Shown here piece by piece: positions 7,786-16,907 of a DNA stretch of 20,000 nucleotides. The first letter of the stretch is position 1, and the number at the start of each line of letters is the position of its first letter. The translations under genes and the position numbers were made by a program. This stretch comes from an uncultured virus (IMG/VR IMGVR_UViG_3300011339_000610) (lineage: Duplodnaviria > Heunggongvirae > Uroviricota > Caudoviricetes). The stretch is taken from the IMG/VR virus record IMGVR_UViG_3300011339_000610; one strand, given 5' to 3'. The notes beneath the pieces are model-generated. The model did not search any database and had not been told where the DNA came from. It worked only from the letters and a program-made list of their open reading frames with translations.

Positions 7786-8979
7786 TTAGTTATTGTTGTC
7801 TACGTTGGTAGGGTCATCCTCAAGTATTACACGCTCTGATTCTCTTTCAAACCTGTAATTTCTTTCGATAAAGTCATTTAAGTACTTAATAGCGTAAGAA
7901 TATACGGGCAAGAACTCTTCTGTGTTAAAGATTGCCTTTATTTCTTCTACCTTCTCTTCGTATTTTTCTTTGCTCTTTACAGCACTCAGGCCAATGCACT
8001 TTGCACGCACCTTCTTCTGTAGTTTAGATTCTGTCTCAGTTCCTCTGAAACCTGACTGACTTGCTTTCTTTTCTAGATGTTTGAAATCAATAGTCTCTGC
8101 TTCAATAGATTCGATTGGTTTTGAAACTGTTACGTTAAACCCAACAAGTGTCTCTACGATTCTACGCTTGTAAACATCTGTCATTAATGTCTCTTGCAAT
8201 GCATGCATTCCTATTGCTACAATATCACCACCATCTAAGTAAAAAGTTTCTCCATTTTGAGTAATAGCCGTTTTAGGCAACTCAGGAGTACCGATATTCT
8301 TGTTAAGGGCAATCTGTATCAATGTAATGATATCTCTTTGCTTGTTGTTATAAATAGAGAAGAAGAAGTCAGGATTGTCGTTCATCTTCATCATAGCCAT
8401 GTTAAATAACTTTGAATCATCAAACAAGTCAACACCTGGCAATCCATAAGCATAACAGAAGTCTCTGAATGATTTGATGTCTGAGTTGAACATTTTAGTC
8501 AACATAGAGCCACCTTCAATTTTCTTCTTATTCATCTCAGCCTCTAATTGGATGTTCTGAGTAATGTCAATTAATTCAAATGCATGGTGCAAGTTGTTTC
8601 TATTTGTGTCATTACCGTTTCTATCACGCACAACAACGTGGTCATGTATTTTCATGAAGTCATGGAATGCTCTTACTAATGCATTCTTTTGCTTCTCGTA
8701 TTTGTCTTGGATGTTTTGCTCGTCTTCATCAGTTAAGTAACTGAATGTCTCAGTGTAGATAAACATGCCTTGTTTTGTAGGGTCTGGATGTGGTTCACGC
8801 ATTCTTAATGTGTGGTTGTACACAATGTTGTCTCCCTCTTCCATTTCCATTGGAGCACGATTAAGGATTGTCCCGTCTTTTAGTAATGTGTTAATAACCC
8901 CCGCACGAGAGTTATATGAAGTACCTTTAATTACATTAGAAGCATACCTGCTTAGAACTTTAAATTCAATTTTTGCCAT
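7786..8979 (-). CDS. Hypothetical 397-aa capsid-module protein (start revised to MAKIEFK at 8979)
   Basis: Long charged ORF. The track's first 22 residues run through terminator and promoter DNA, so the ATG at 8979 after an A-rich leader is preferred. crAss-like phages carry a conserved uncharacterised gene of this size near the capsid gene. Confidence 0.75.
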   Translation of the reverse strand: MAKIEFKVLSRYASNVIKGTSYNSRAGVINTLLKDGTILNRAPMEMEEGDNIVYNHTLRMREPHPDPTKQGMFIYTETFSYLTDEDEQNIQDKYEKQKNALVRAFHDFMKIHDHVVVRDRNGNDTNRNNLHHAFELIDITQNIQLEAEMNKKKIEGGSMLTKMFNSDIKSFRDFCYAYGLPGVDLFDDSKLFNMAMMKMNDNPDFFFSIYNNKQRDIITLIQIALNKNIGTPELPKTAITQNGETFYLDGGDIVAIGMHALQETLMTDVYKRRIVETLVGFNVTVSKPIESIEAETIDFKHLEKKASQSGFRGTETESKLQKKVRAKCIGLSAVKSKEKYEEKVEEIKAIFNTEEFLPVYSYAIKYLNDFIERNYRFERESERVILEDDPTNVDNNN

Positions 8980-9002
8980 TTTTTTACCTGTTATAAGTAT
9001 TA

Positions 9003-9033
9003 CAAATATACTATAATTTATATATAATACAAA
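9003..9033 (-). promoter_or_regulatory. Bacteroidota promoter TTTG-N19-TATATTTG
   Basis: CAAATATA at 9003-9010 and CAAA at 9030-9033 on + strand give the full -33/-7 consensus, 23 nt upstream of ATG 8979. Confidence 0.8.
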
Positions 9034-9060
9034 AAAATAAAACACCTCCGAAGAGGTGTT
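9031..9060 (-). terminator. Intrinsic terminator with cUUCGg tetraloop, ending the capsid operon
   Basis: Minus strand reads AACACCTC-TTCG-GAGGTGTT-TTATTTTTTT: perfect 8-bp stem, extra-stable loop and U-tract. Confidence 0.88.
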
Positions 9061-9102
9061 CTATATGGGAAAATATGAAAGAAAAAAAAGAGAAAACAGG
9101 TC

Positions 9103-10044
9103 TTATAAAGGTAAGTTTCTCCAAGCAGCGTATTTGAAGGTAGCAGGACCAGCAGCAGTGGTTAAAGAACCAAATGCAGTAGTTAAGCCTATTATACCTG
9201 TGATACGAGTGATGTCGGTACTTATTACAATGTAATCACCGCCTCTACCACCTAAAGTAGCAAAAGTAGCTGCACCACCTGATAATGCAATAGCACCAGT
9301 TGTAATTGTTACAGCTGCAGTTGTAGTTGCAGGGGCAGAAATGATTACTCTGAAACCAGCTTGCAATCCTGTTAATGTACCATAAGTACCTAATAGGTCA
9401 GCATAGTTAGTTGCGTCAGATTTTACAAGGATTACAGCAGAATTACCATTAATCGAGCTGATTAATACTTCAGTGTAAGTGTTAGTTGCAACAATGCTTG
9501 CAGCGGCATTAAAGCCACCTGCATTGTAATAACCAGCAGTACTTGGGTATTTAGCAATTAATGAAGTACCTGTTCCTGCACCTACTGTACCAGTAGCAGT
9601 AGAGATGCTTAATTTAGCATCAGAAGTTACTAAGGTAAAGATTGCGAAACCAGGCTTTGCAGTTACAACTAAAGTAGTGCTTGATGTAGCAGTTACTGAT
9701 AACTCAGGCATACTGTTGATAGCAGCAGCAAACGCAGCAGCAATTTCAGTGTTGGTAGCAGTGCTATCAGAAGTTACAGTCAAAGGTACGCTTGAAACCA
9801 TACCGCTGTTTACATCGCTGCAAACTAAAGACATAGTATAAAGTGCATTGCTAGTTACTGTACTGATTGTTACTGTAGAAACTTGCGCTAATTCAGGTAC
9901 ATAAGGAGTAACGGTCATGTTACTAATTCCAGATGCTTTGAAAGCAGGTGAACCTTGTAAGTTTAGATATCCGCTTGAATCTACATAGGCATCCGTGCCT
10001 AGTGCGGTTACTGTATTTAATACGTTTAATAATGTTACGCTCAT
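9103..10044 (-). CDS. Auxiliary capsid / head decoration protein, 313 aa
   Basis: Ala/Thr/Ser/Gly-rich and beta-rich, co-transcribed directly after the major capsid gene, with an A-rich leader. Size is similar to the crAss-like auxiliary capsid protein. Confidence 0.58.
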   Translation of the reverse strand: MSVTLLNVLNTVTALGTDAYVDSSGYLNLQGSPAFKASGISNMTVTPYVPELAQVSTVTISTVTSNALYTMSLVCSDVNSGMVSSVPLTVTSDSTATNTEIAAAFAAAINSMPELSVTATSSTTLVVTAKPGFAIFTLVTSDAKLSISTATGTVGAGTGTSLIAKYPSTAGYYNAGGFNAAASIVATNTYTEVLISSINGNSAVILVKSDATNYADLLGTYGTLTGLQAGFRVIISAPATTTAAVTITTGAIALSGGAATFATLGGRGGDYIVISTDITRITGIIGLTTAFGSLTTAAGPATFKYAAWRNLPL

Positions 10045-10076
10045 TTTATATTTTTATTATTTTGTTAAACAATTAA

Positions 10077-11420
10077 TTATGCTGAAGCGTAATGGAACAT
10101 ACATTGTGCAGGGTTGTTAAACTGGGTAGTTTTGTTCCAGTTAACCTCAACTGTACTTGATAATTTACCATTAACACCTTCTTTTACAGGACGGCCCATC
10201 ATGTCTGTCATACCTTTAACTTCGGTTACAATCATGTCAGGTACACCGTAGTAGTAATCAGATACGAATGGTAAAACACCACCATTTTCTGTAGGACAAG
10301 GAGCTGCATTCATCCAAATCGCTGATTTAGAACGTACAGTTTCGCCTGCAAATAATGTAGATGGTTGCCAAATGTTCGGGTTGTTCAAGAACTCATCCAT
10401 AATTAAGTGGAAAGTAAATCCTGAGTAGTAGTAAGACATAATGTTCAAACCTTTAACGGTTTTACCACCTAATACGTTAGTATCACCCGCAGTAGTTACG
10501 TATTGTTTAAACACGTTCTTTTGCAAATCTTGGATGTAGCTAGAACCAGCAACGATGATAACCTCTTTAGAAGAGTAACCCCCGTTATTGATGTATTGTT
10601 GGATTGCTTCGTTAAATTCAGTTTCAGTCACAGCAGTATTAATTGCACGAGACGTTCCACCTTGGTTTTTAATCTGCCAAATCAATGAACCACCAACTGG
10701 GGTAGATGTGTTGAAATTTGCAGGGATGTCACCAACCATACGGATTGAATAAGTTTGTTGCAAACGACCTAACATTTGAGTTACTTTATTCAAAGCATAG
10801 TATTGAGTGCCATTGATGTTCTTCAAGTACGTGAACTGATTAGCTTCTGAGAAGTTAACAGTAGTAGTATCAGAGATAGAACTTACAATGTTTTGGTAAG
10901 GCACAGGCATGGTGAATAAAGTGCTCTTGCTTAGACGATTGTCACGGTCTGTAACGTCTCCTCTATCAGATGCTAATTCTCCAATTACGAAATCACTTGC
11001 AGTGAATGCAGTTGAACCATTAGGGTTTGATAAAAAACCAATAGTTACTGTACCTGCTGAAGCAGTTTTGATGATACCTAAAGCACCGCTTTTAGATTGA
11101 GTCATGTTACCAACACGAATAGCTTGGAAGGTAGGGTCAGACCATCCTAATACTAAGTCAGTACCAACAGCAGAACGGCTTGCAATTGTTGCAGCAGCCC
11201 AGTCATTTGGTTGACGATAGATTTGGAAGATAGGAGTTTTTGCGCTTACTAATTGGGGTTTACCAATTTGCTCGGCAATTGCAGAGATAACACTACGTGA
11301 AAACGCTGGTGCTAACTTTGGTACAAGAGGTTCTACTTGACGCTCATTGATACCATAATCCGTAAATACCGATACTAACGGTAAATTCGGGTCGATAAAT
11401 GTTGAATTTGGAAATGCCAT
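10077..11420 (-). CDS. Major capsid protein, 447 aa
   Basis: Position in the terminase-portal-acidic scaffold-MCP order, size, strong A-rich leader, and HK97-like elements (GGSLIWQIK, VIIVAG, YYSGFTFHLIMDEFLNNP). Confidence 0.8.
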   Translation of the reverse strand: MAFPNSTFIDPNLPLVSVFTDYGINERQVEPLVPKLAPAFSRSVISAIAEQIGKPQLVSAKTPIFQIYRQPNDWAAATIASRSAVGTDLVLGWSDPTFQAIRVGNMTQSKSGALGIIKTASAGTVTIGFLSNPNGSTAFTASDFVIGELASDRGDVTDRDNRLSKSTLFTMPVPYQNIVSSISDTTTVNFSEANQFTYLKNINGTQYYALNKVTQMLGRLQQTYSIRMVGDIPANFNTSTPVGGSLIWQIKNQGGTSRAINTAVTETEFNEAIQQYINNGGYSSKEVIIVAGSSYIQDLQKNVFKQYVTTAGDTNVLGGKTVKGLNIMSYYYSGFTFHLIMDEFLNNPNIWQPSTLFAGETVRSKSAIWMNAAPCPTENGGVLPFVSDYYYGVPDMIVTEVKGMTDMMGRPVKEGVNGKLSSTVEVNWNKTTQFNNPAQCMFHYASA

Positions 11421-11447
11421 TTTTTATTTTTTAATTTTTATGTTTGG

Positions 11448-12518
11448 TTAATATGTTCTGTTGTCCAAGTCTTCTCTAATAATTTGATTAGCAGTTCTTG
11501 TATCTGTTGTTGGAGAGGTTGATACTACTGAGCCTAATGGGTCAACATTCACTCTCCCTTTTAATGTTTCACTCTTGCCTAGGTCATATGCCGCTTTTAA
11601 GTTCTTCTCATAGTTAGCTACTTTATGTGCAAACAATGTAAAGTTCTTTACGTCAAATGAACCGTCTTGCTTTGTAAATGGTGCGGCCTGTGGGTTGAAC
11701 AATTCTTCATACACTTTCTGTATTCCTTGTACATGCTCATCAGCTAGCTCGATACCATATAGGTTTTGCCCTTTGATTTGGCTTGTGAAATCAACTAGTA
11801 CCTCTTTCTCTTTCTTGTAGCCTTCCATAATCTGATTGATTTGGTCTTGCTGAGAAACTGGCTTCATTGACTTTGCGGCCTCTTCTAATTTTTGGATGTA
11901 ATCTGACTTAGGTGTTTTGCTTGCTAATTCTGCACGCAATGCCTTTTCCATTTCAGACTTTACAATACGGCTTGAATATTCATCGACATTCTTGTAAGCC
12001 ATGTACTGCTCTACTTCGGAAGTTAATTCTTCAGCAGTTAAGTCAGGATACTCAAGTCTTATGTTTTCTGCTACTAACTCTGTTAGCGACATCTGACCAT
12101 AATCTTTGCTCATCAACTCAGAAGCGTACTTCTTAATGTCAAATTCATCAAGCATACCATACTGCTCTAAAGCGTCTACTAAAGGATTTGATTTTAACCT
12201 TTGTAATTCTGCTTTGTAAGATTCTAGTTCTTGCATGAACTCTTCACTAGCTATTGGCTGTGCTGAGTCTTTTGTTGGGTCTGATTCATCCTTAAATAAA
12301 TCGGGTGTTTCAAAGAACGATGGCTCATTTGTTTGAACCGTTTCTGTTGTTTCGGCTGCTTGTGTGGCAGCTTCTACTTCATTTGTAATCTGTGTTTCAA
12401 CTGGGTCTGCACTTGCAGCTTCAGTTGATGGCGTACCTGCGGGTTCATCTGAACTGTATCTTTCAGATAAAAATGCCGTCAAGTCGTCATTTTCAACTTC
12501 TAAACCTGTATTTTCCAT
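11448..12518 (-). CDS. Acidic scaffold-like protein, 356 aa
   Basis: Very E/D/T-rich disordered N-terminus followed by helical segments. Lies between portal and capsid genes, as in crAss-like and other podoviruses. Confidence 0.68.
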   Translation of the reverse strand: MENTGLEVENDDLTAFLSERYSSDEPAGTPSTEAASADPVETQITNEVEAATQAAETTETVQTNEPSFFETPDLFKDESDPTKDSAQPIASEEFMQELESYKAELQRLKSNPLVDALEQYGMLDEFDIKKYASELMSKDYGQMSLTELVAENIRLEYPDLTAEELTSEVEQYMAYKNVDEYSSRIVKSEMEKALRAELASKTPKSDYIQKLEEAAKSMKPVSQQDQINQIMEGYKKEKEVLVDFTSQIKGQNLYGIELADEHVQGIQKVYEELFNPQAAPFTKQDGSFDVKNFTLFAHKVANYEKNLKAAYDLGKSETLKGRVNVDPLGSVVSTSPTTDTRTANQIIREDLDNRTY

Positions 12519-12538
12519 TTTCCTTAATTTTTCTCATA

Positions 12539-12546
12539 CAAAAATA
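12539..12546 (-). promoter_or_regulatory. -7 element TATTTTTG driving the scaffold-MCP-auxiliary capsid operon
   Basis: CAAAAATA on + strand, 20 nt upstream of ATG 12518. A promoter is needed here because the portal gene is followed by a terminator. Confidence 0.65.
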
Positions 12547-12547
12547 A

Positions 12548-12578
12548 TTGTTTAGAAACAATATAAATTGTATATTTG
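12548..12578 (+). promoter_or_regulatory. Bacteroidota promoter TTG-N20-TATATTTG for the RHH-like gene
   Basis: TTG at 12548-12550 and TATATTTG at 12571-12578. Confidence 0.72.
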
Positions 12579-12595
12579 TTATGTAATCAGTATTG

Positions 12596-12614
12596 TGCGC
12601 ATAACCTATACGCA
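12596..12614. promoter_or_regulatory. Imperfect inverted repeat TGCGCATA-ACC-TATACGCA, candidate operator
   Basis: Arms match at 7 of 8 positions. GC-rich island in AT-rich DNA, between the promoter and ATG 12625. Confidence 0.4.
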
Positions 12615-12624
12615 AAAAAGCATT

Positions 12625-12846
12625 ATGCAGGAAAAAGTAAAGAGAAAGGCAGAGATTAGGGTATACACTATACCCACTTTTAAACAGACAATGAAAACAT
12701 ACGCAGCAGAAATGGGAATGTCAGATTCTGACTTCTTAATCTATTGCTATAACTTTTGGCTTGAGATAACTACAAACCCAAATAAGCTCCGTGGAGATGT
12801 CACCAAAGAAATTTATAAACTACAAAACAAAAAAGCCAACGATTAA
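12625..12846 (+). CDS. Ribbon-helix-helix (Arc/CopG-like) DNA-binding protein, 73 aa (start revised to MQEKVKR)
   Basis: Alternating beta strand (AEIRVYT), helix A (PTFKQTMKTYAAEM), GMSDSDF turn matching the RHH G-x-S-x-S motif, then helix B. Has its own promoter and terminator. Confidence 0.62.
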   Translation: MQEKVKRKAEIRVYTIPTFKQTMKTYAAEMGMSDSDFLIYCYNFWLEITTNPNKLRGDVTKEIYKLQNKKAND

Positions 12847-12862
12847 GTTGGCTTTTCTTTTT
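12829..12862. terminator. Bidirectional intrinsic terminator between the convergent RHH and portal genes
   Basis: AAAAGCCAAC-GATTAA-GTTGGCTTTT, a perfect 10-bp inverted repeat flanked by A and T tracts. The RHH stop codon lies in the loop. Confidence 0.85.
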
Positions 12863-14993
12863 ATTGCATTTCTTGTTCTAATTGCTTTTGGAGTATCATC
12901 TTATCTACATCGCCTTCTTGCTTCATTGCCTGCCCCTCTAATGCTGTCTGTTGTCCAATTTCTGCGCTGGCTACTTGTGCATCAGCTGCTTGTGCTGCCA
13001 TGGCTTGCTGTTGCTGTTGGGCTTGCATCATCTCTTGTTGCTTGCGGTCTATCTTCTTCGATACTACACTTTCTATATAGTTGTACATCTCTGTTTTTGT
13101 TTTGATACGGGCAATATTTGCAAATACCAATTCATCTTCAGGGTCATTCGTAGCATTTGCACGTTGCATGTAGTACTGTACGAACATTGCACGTTCTTGG
13201 TCACTCAAGAAGTCTTGTAATCCTAACGACATTGCAAAGTCTTTCATCTGCATATCTTTGATGTCTTTTGTCTCTACAAATTCCACCATTGCATCACCTA
13301 CTAGAAGAGACATTGTATCTTCATCAGATTCGGCCATGATTGTTTTTGCAAGGTCTGCACTATACTCAAGAAGTCTTAGTGTCCATGTATAGAATGTAGA
13401 ATAGTAACTTGACATTCCTTTACTAGCACTTTCTAAGTTCATCCTTAGCGTATCCTTACTTTGGTAGTTTGTTACCATACCACGTGAGTTTGCAGGCATA
13501 GAAATGATATCATCCATGTAAGCTCTTAGCCTATCTATTAATTGGGATAAACCAAGTATAGACGGGTCTAACGTCATATCTATTGTTTCTATTAACTTGC
13601 TATTACCTTGTGGGTCATCTATATCACGGCTTGGTAGAATCACCATACCCGCTTGGGTTAATTGTGCAAGGATATCAGGACTTCTCATCCCCTCTGGCAT
13701 AGCATCAGCATACATTACATAACGCTTACCTTTTGAGTTGTATACTAATTGGTTTAACTTAGTTTGGAAGTAATCCTTTAGCTTTTGGTATTCTTTTAAC
13801 CTACCTGCTATACCCATGCTTACCCCCATTACGGTGTCAGCACTTGCTACAATATAGCATGAGCGTTGGCTTGAAGAGTCTGTCTTATCAAACATTTGGT
13901 TTGGACTTTCTCCATAATCCTTTACGTACTTGTTGCCTATAAGCCAAACTTGACGTAAGCAAGGAGACCAAATCTCATCACCATTTTCATCTATTCCTTC
14001 GTACTTTAAACTTCTCCATTCTGCATGAACAATAGCTACCATAGGAATACCGACAGCTGTACTTCTCCACCAAATAAGGTTGTTACCCATTGGTACGTTG
14101 TACGTTGCCCAAATCGTATTTCCTGCATCGGCCATTGCTTCTATATCTTTACGTTCTTCGGGAGTCCATTTAAACATTGTCAATAACTCAGGCACAGTTC
14201 TTTCAAAGTACTCACCCGAAAATCTATCGTTTCTATGCTGGTCTTGTGATTGATAGTTGTCCCATATTAGGTTCTGTGGCTCGATTAATCTCCACTTAGG
14301 TTTACCATTCTGTGCATACACACGGCAACCTATAACACCACCTATACCATAATATGCAGCTTGCTTTTCAAAGAACTCATTACCATAGTTAAATTGGAAT
14401 GAATATCTTGCAAGGATTATGTATAGATTCTCTAACGCATCTTTGTAGTCTGCGAAATAAGCTTCTACTTCATCAACATTGTTAAAGTCCATATCCTTAA
14501 TTGGCTGAACCTCTAACCCTGTTAATTCCTTTACGTAGTCTGCAAATGTTTTGTTCCTTATATTGAATAAAGCTAAATCACGCAATAATTTCTTTTTGCT
14601 GATTAAGTCAGTACTCATTGATTGCACATTAATGATTTCAGGTACTTGCGCCACTAGTGCAGAAATAACGCCTATGGTATGCTTTATTAGTGCCTGTATA
14701 TCCTGACCTCTAAACATAGGAACAGGTATGGCGTTGTTTAGTTCATCCTTTGTGGCAAACGCATAATCTGTATCTACATTCTTACCAAACCAATAACTTG
14801 CATTTTGTAAGTAGTCTATTACCCAAAACTTTGGAGTAGCCGTAGCACCTCTACCTTCAGGTGTAAAATTGTAAACTACTTTATTCCAATTACTTGCAAC
14901 AAATCGGGCATTGTTCATATAATCTTCCTCGGTAAACTCTTTCTGAGTTTGTGAGGGTTGCCTTATTATTGAACCTGGAGGTACTTGATACAT
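12861..14993 (-). CDS. Portal protein, 710 aa
   Basis: Follows the large terminase. Size and P22/crAss-like features: IEPQNLIWD clip-region motif, RLKEYQKLKDY, and a Q/M/A-rich C-terminal barrel helix. Confidence 0.85.
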   Translation of the reverse strand: MYQVPPGSIIRQPSQTQKEFTEEDYMNNARFVASNWNKVVYNFTPEGRGATATPKFWVIDYLQNASYWFGKNVDTDYAFATKDELNNAIPVPMFRGQDIQALIKHTIGVISALVAQVPEIINVQSMSTDLISKKKLLRDLALFNIRNKTFADYVKELTGLEVQPIKDMDFNNVDEVEAYFADYKDALENLYIILARYSFQFNYGNEFFEKQAAYYGIGGVIGCRVYAQNGKPKWRLIEPQNLIWDNYQSQDQHRNDRFSGEYFERTVPELLTMFKWTPEERKDIEAMADAGNTIWATYNVPMGNNLIWWRSTAVGIPMVAIVHAEWRSLKYEGIDENGDEIWSPCLRQVWLIGNKYVKDYGESPNQMFDKTDSSSQRSCYIVASADTVMGVSMGIAGRLKEYQKLKDYFQTKLNQLVYNSKGKRYVMYADAMPEGMRSPDILAQLTQAGMVILPSRDIDDPQGNSKLIETIDMTLDPSILGLSQLIDRLRAYMDDIISMPANSRGMVTNYQSKDTLRMNLESASKGMSSYYSTFYTWTLRLLEYSADLAKTIMAESDEDTMSLLVGDAMVEFVETKDIKDMQMKDFAMSLGLQDFLSDQERAMFVQYYMQRANATNDPEDELVFANIARIKTKTEMYNYIESVVSKKIDRKQQEMMQAQQQQQAMAAQAADAQVASAEIGQQTALEGQAMKQEGDVDKMILQKQLEQEMQ

Positions 14994-15011
14994 ATTAATA
15001 TTATTTTATTA

Positions 15012-15019
15012 CAAATATA
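15012..15019 (-). promoter_or_regulatory. -7 element TATATTTG upstream of the portal gene
   Basis: CAAATATA in the 57-nt terminase-portal gap, 18 nt from ATG 14993. Confidence 0.72.
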
Positions 15020-15050
15020 GTCTATTTATATAAAACAAAAAAGTAACACC

Positions 15051-16907
15051 TTATACAGCCTTACCTGTATTGATGTCGTAACTCTCCCATCCCATCAATC
15101 CATCTCTTAATTGTACGTACCTTACGCCTATTACTTCTTGTCTTTTCTTTGTATTAGTCGTACCCTCTAATATGTCTCCTGAACCAAAGCCCCATATTGC
15201 AGCGGCAAAGGCATCTAAGATATCCGTATTGGCATCGTTACCCTTTTGGGCATCTTGTATCAGCTCTATAAACTTAACACGCTCTGCATACTTTTTAAAG
15301 TACCTGTTCATTTGCGTGTACTGCCAATCAATAATTGAATCTACACGATAGAACCATGGCTTCTTTGTATTTACCCATCCGCTTTTGTTTAAGTCCTTAC
15401 GGGCAATAATAGTGTTTGCCATACCTAGTCGCTGTATCTTTTCTACTAATACACCTCCCGTGGCATTTAACTCACCTGCTATCTTTGCATTACCGTACTT
15501 GTTGTAGTACTTCAGAATACGTATTACAGTATCAAACGTAACCTCAAAATCCTTGGGCCGTTCAAGGTATGTACACACAGGACTGAACTCTGAATCAGAT
15601 TGTGGATGTATACCCTTCATTACTATAAGTGCAAACTTAGAGTTACCACTTGCACCACTCGTATTGTCGGTACTCATTGTGGCATCTATCCCTAGCACGT
15701 AGTTTGTATTTTGCTCAGGATGCTGATATATTTTAATATTGCTCTTAGCGTTAGGCACTGCTAGCATATCATCTTCACGCTCAACTACAGAATAGTTACC
15801 TATGCTTGGTTGGTTACTTGGGATGTTCAGATGTTTTGCTTGTAGATTAATTCTTTCTATTGCGTAATCATCCCATCTACTGCTACCACCAAAATCAAAG
15901 ATGTCTTCTATTGTTAGTGGATGATTCTTGGTATAAGCCTTTAAAGCTTCACCGCCATCATTTAGTTTTGCCTTCTTTTCTCTTTCTTTTAATATTTCTT
16001 CTTCTGCTTTCTTGTGGTCGCTCCATCCATTAGTCATATACTTGCCATAAGTTGCAGGCAAGAACAATGGCTTGATATTCATAGCATCCGCATTTTGCCA
16101 AATGTTCTGTATCTTATGGATGTGTTCTGCACCCATGTTTGCTTCGGCTGTTCCTCCTAGTACTAATGTACCTGCAATCTTGCCATCGGTATCCTTAAAA
16201 ATCTCAATAGCCGAGTTAAAGAAAGTCATCAGTCTTGGCATTAGACTTGCCTCATCTGCGAATCCGTATATCGCTCCACCCCCTGAGAAGTTTGTAGCGG
16301 CCTTCTCGCTTTCTTGCGTATCTCTGCAATAAAGATTACTTGTGGCATACTTCTCTTTCCCGTCATCATTGATGTACTTCATGCCTATTGATAAGAACGA
16401 TTCATTCGCAGTCTCATTCTTTGCAAGCACATCGGGCCGTACATATGGGCTGTCTAGATTATCATACGCTACCATTGTCTTTTCTTTAAACAATGTTGCT
16501 AATGTTTTCTTATCCTTGCTTGTGGCTACGCAATTACTATTTGGATATACCCTTGAGAAATAGAATGGTAATGCCATGCCTATACTTGAGAAACCAACAC
16601 CACGGGCTTTTAGAAAGTAAAGAGCTGAACCTTCTGCTTTAGCGTCTTGTATAGCCCTGAATATTTCCAAGTCAGCATCTCGTACAGTTGGCCTGAATAT
16701 CCTACCTGTAACCCTATCCTTTAGCTTTATTTGGGTAGCATAGTAATATAGAGCACCTGTCATGTCCTCATACCCTTCTATCCATCTGCGCTTTTCTTCT
16801 ACCCAATACTTTTGCTCATCTAGTTCTGTTCTGAATATAGTGGGTATTGGTTGGTATGTGAAGATAGGAGACTTGGGTTTTGTATTATCAATAATACTTA
16901 AACTCAT
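15051..16907 (-). CDS. terL: Terminase large subunit, 618 aa
   Basis: Walker A-like LKARGVGFSS, Walker B YGFADEAS, coupling motif LGGTA, RNase-H-like YVLGIDA and C-terminal DILDAF. The FLPA and HPLTIED motifs are typical of crAss-like terminases. Confidence 0.92.
   Translation of the reverse strand: MSLSIIDNTKPKSPIFTYQPIPTIFRTELDEQKYWVEEKRRWIEGYEDMTGALYYYATQIKLKDRVTGRIFRPTVRDADLEIFRAIQDAKAEGSALYFLKARGVGFSSIGMALPFYFSRVYPNSNCVATSKDKKTLATLFKEKTMVAYDNLDSPYVRPDVLAKNETANESFLSIGMKYINDDGKEKYATSNLYCRDTQESEKAATNFSGGGAIYGFADEASLMPRLMTFFNSAIEIFKDTDGKIAGTLVLGGTAEANMGAEHIHKIQNIWQNADAMNIKPLFLPATYGKYMTNGWSDHKKAEEEILKEREKKAKLNDGGEALKAYTKNHPLTIEDIFDFGGSSRWDDYAIERINLQAKHLNIPSNQPSIGNYSVVEREDDMLAVPNAKSNIKIYQHPEQNTNYVLGIDATMSTDNTSGASGNSKFALIVMKGIHPQSDSEFSPVCTYLERPKDFEVTFDTVIRILKYYNKYGNAKIAGELNATGGVLVEKIQRLGMANTIIARKDLNKSGWVNTKKPWFYRVDSIIDWQYTQMNRYFKKYAERVKFIELIQDAQKGNDANTDILDAFAAAIWGFGSGDILEGTTNTKKRQEVIGVRYVQLRDGLMGWESYDINTGKAV

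Noticed and set aside
8980..9045. Hydrophobic N-terminal extension (MFYFFVLYINYSIFVILITGKK) suggesting a signal or membrane anchor
   Set aside because: It is translated terminator U-tract and promoter DNA. The real start is most likely ATG 8979. The same artefact applies to the track starts at 7736 and 12568.
12960..13045. CAG/CAA/GCA-rich stretch resembling a tandem repeat
   Set aside because: It encodes the Q/A/M-rich C-terminal helix typical of portal barrels and is not an independent DNA repeat.
15051..16907. Intein or group I intron in terL, common in crAss-like phages
   Set aside because: The ORF is continuous at 618 aa with normal motif spacing. No intein splice motifs or homing endonuclease insert were seen.
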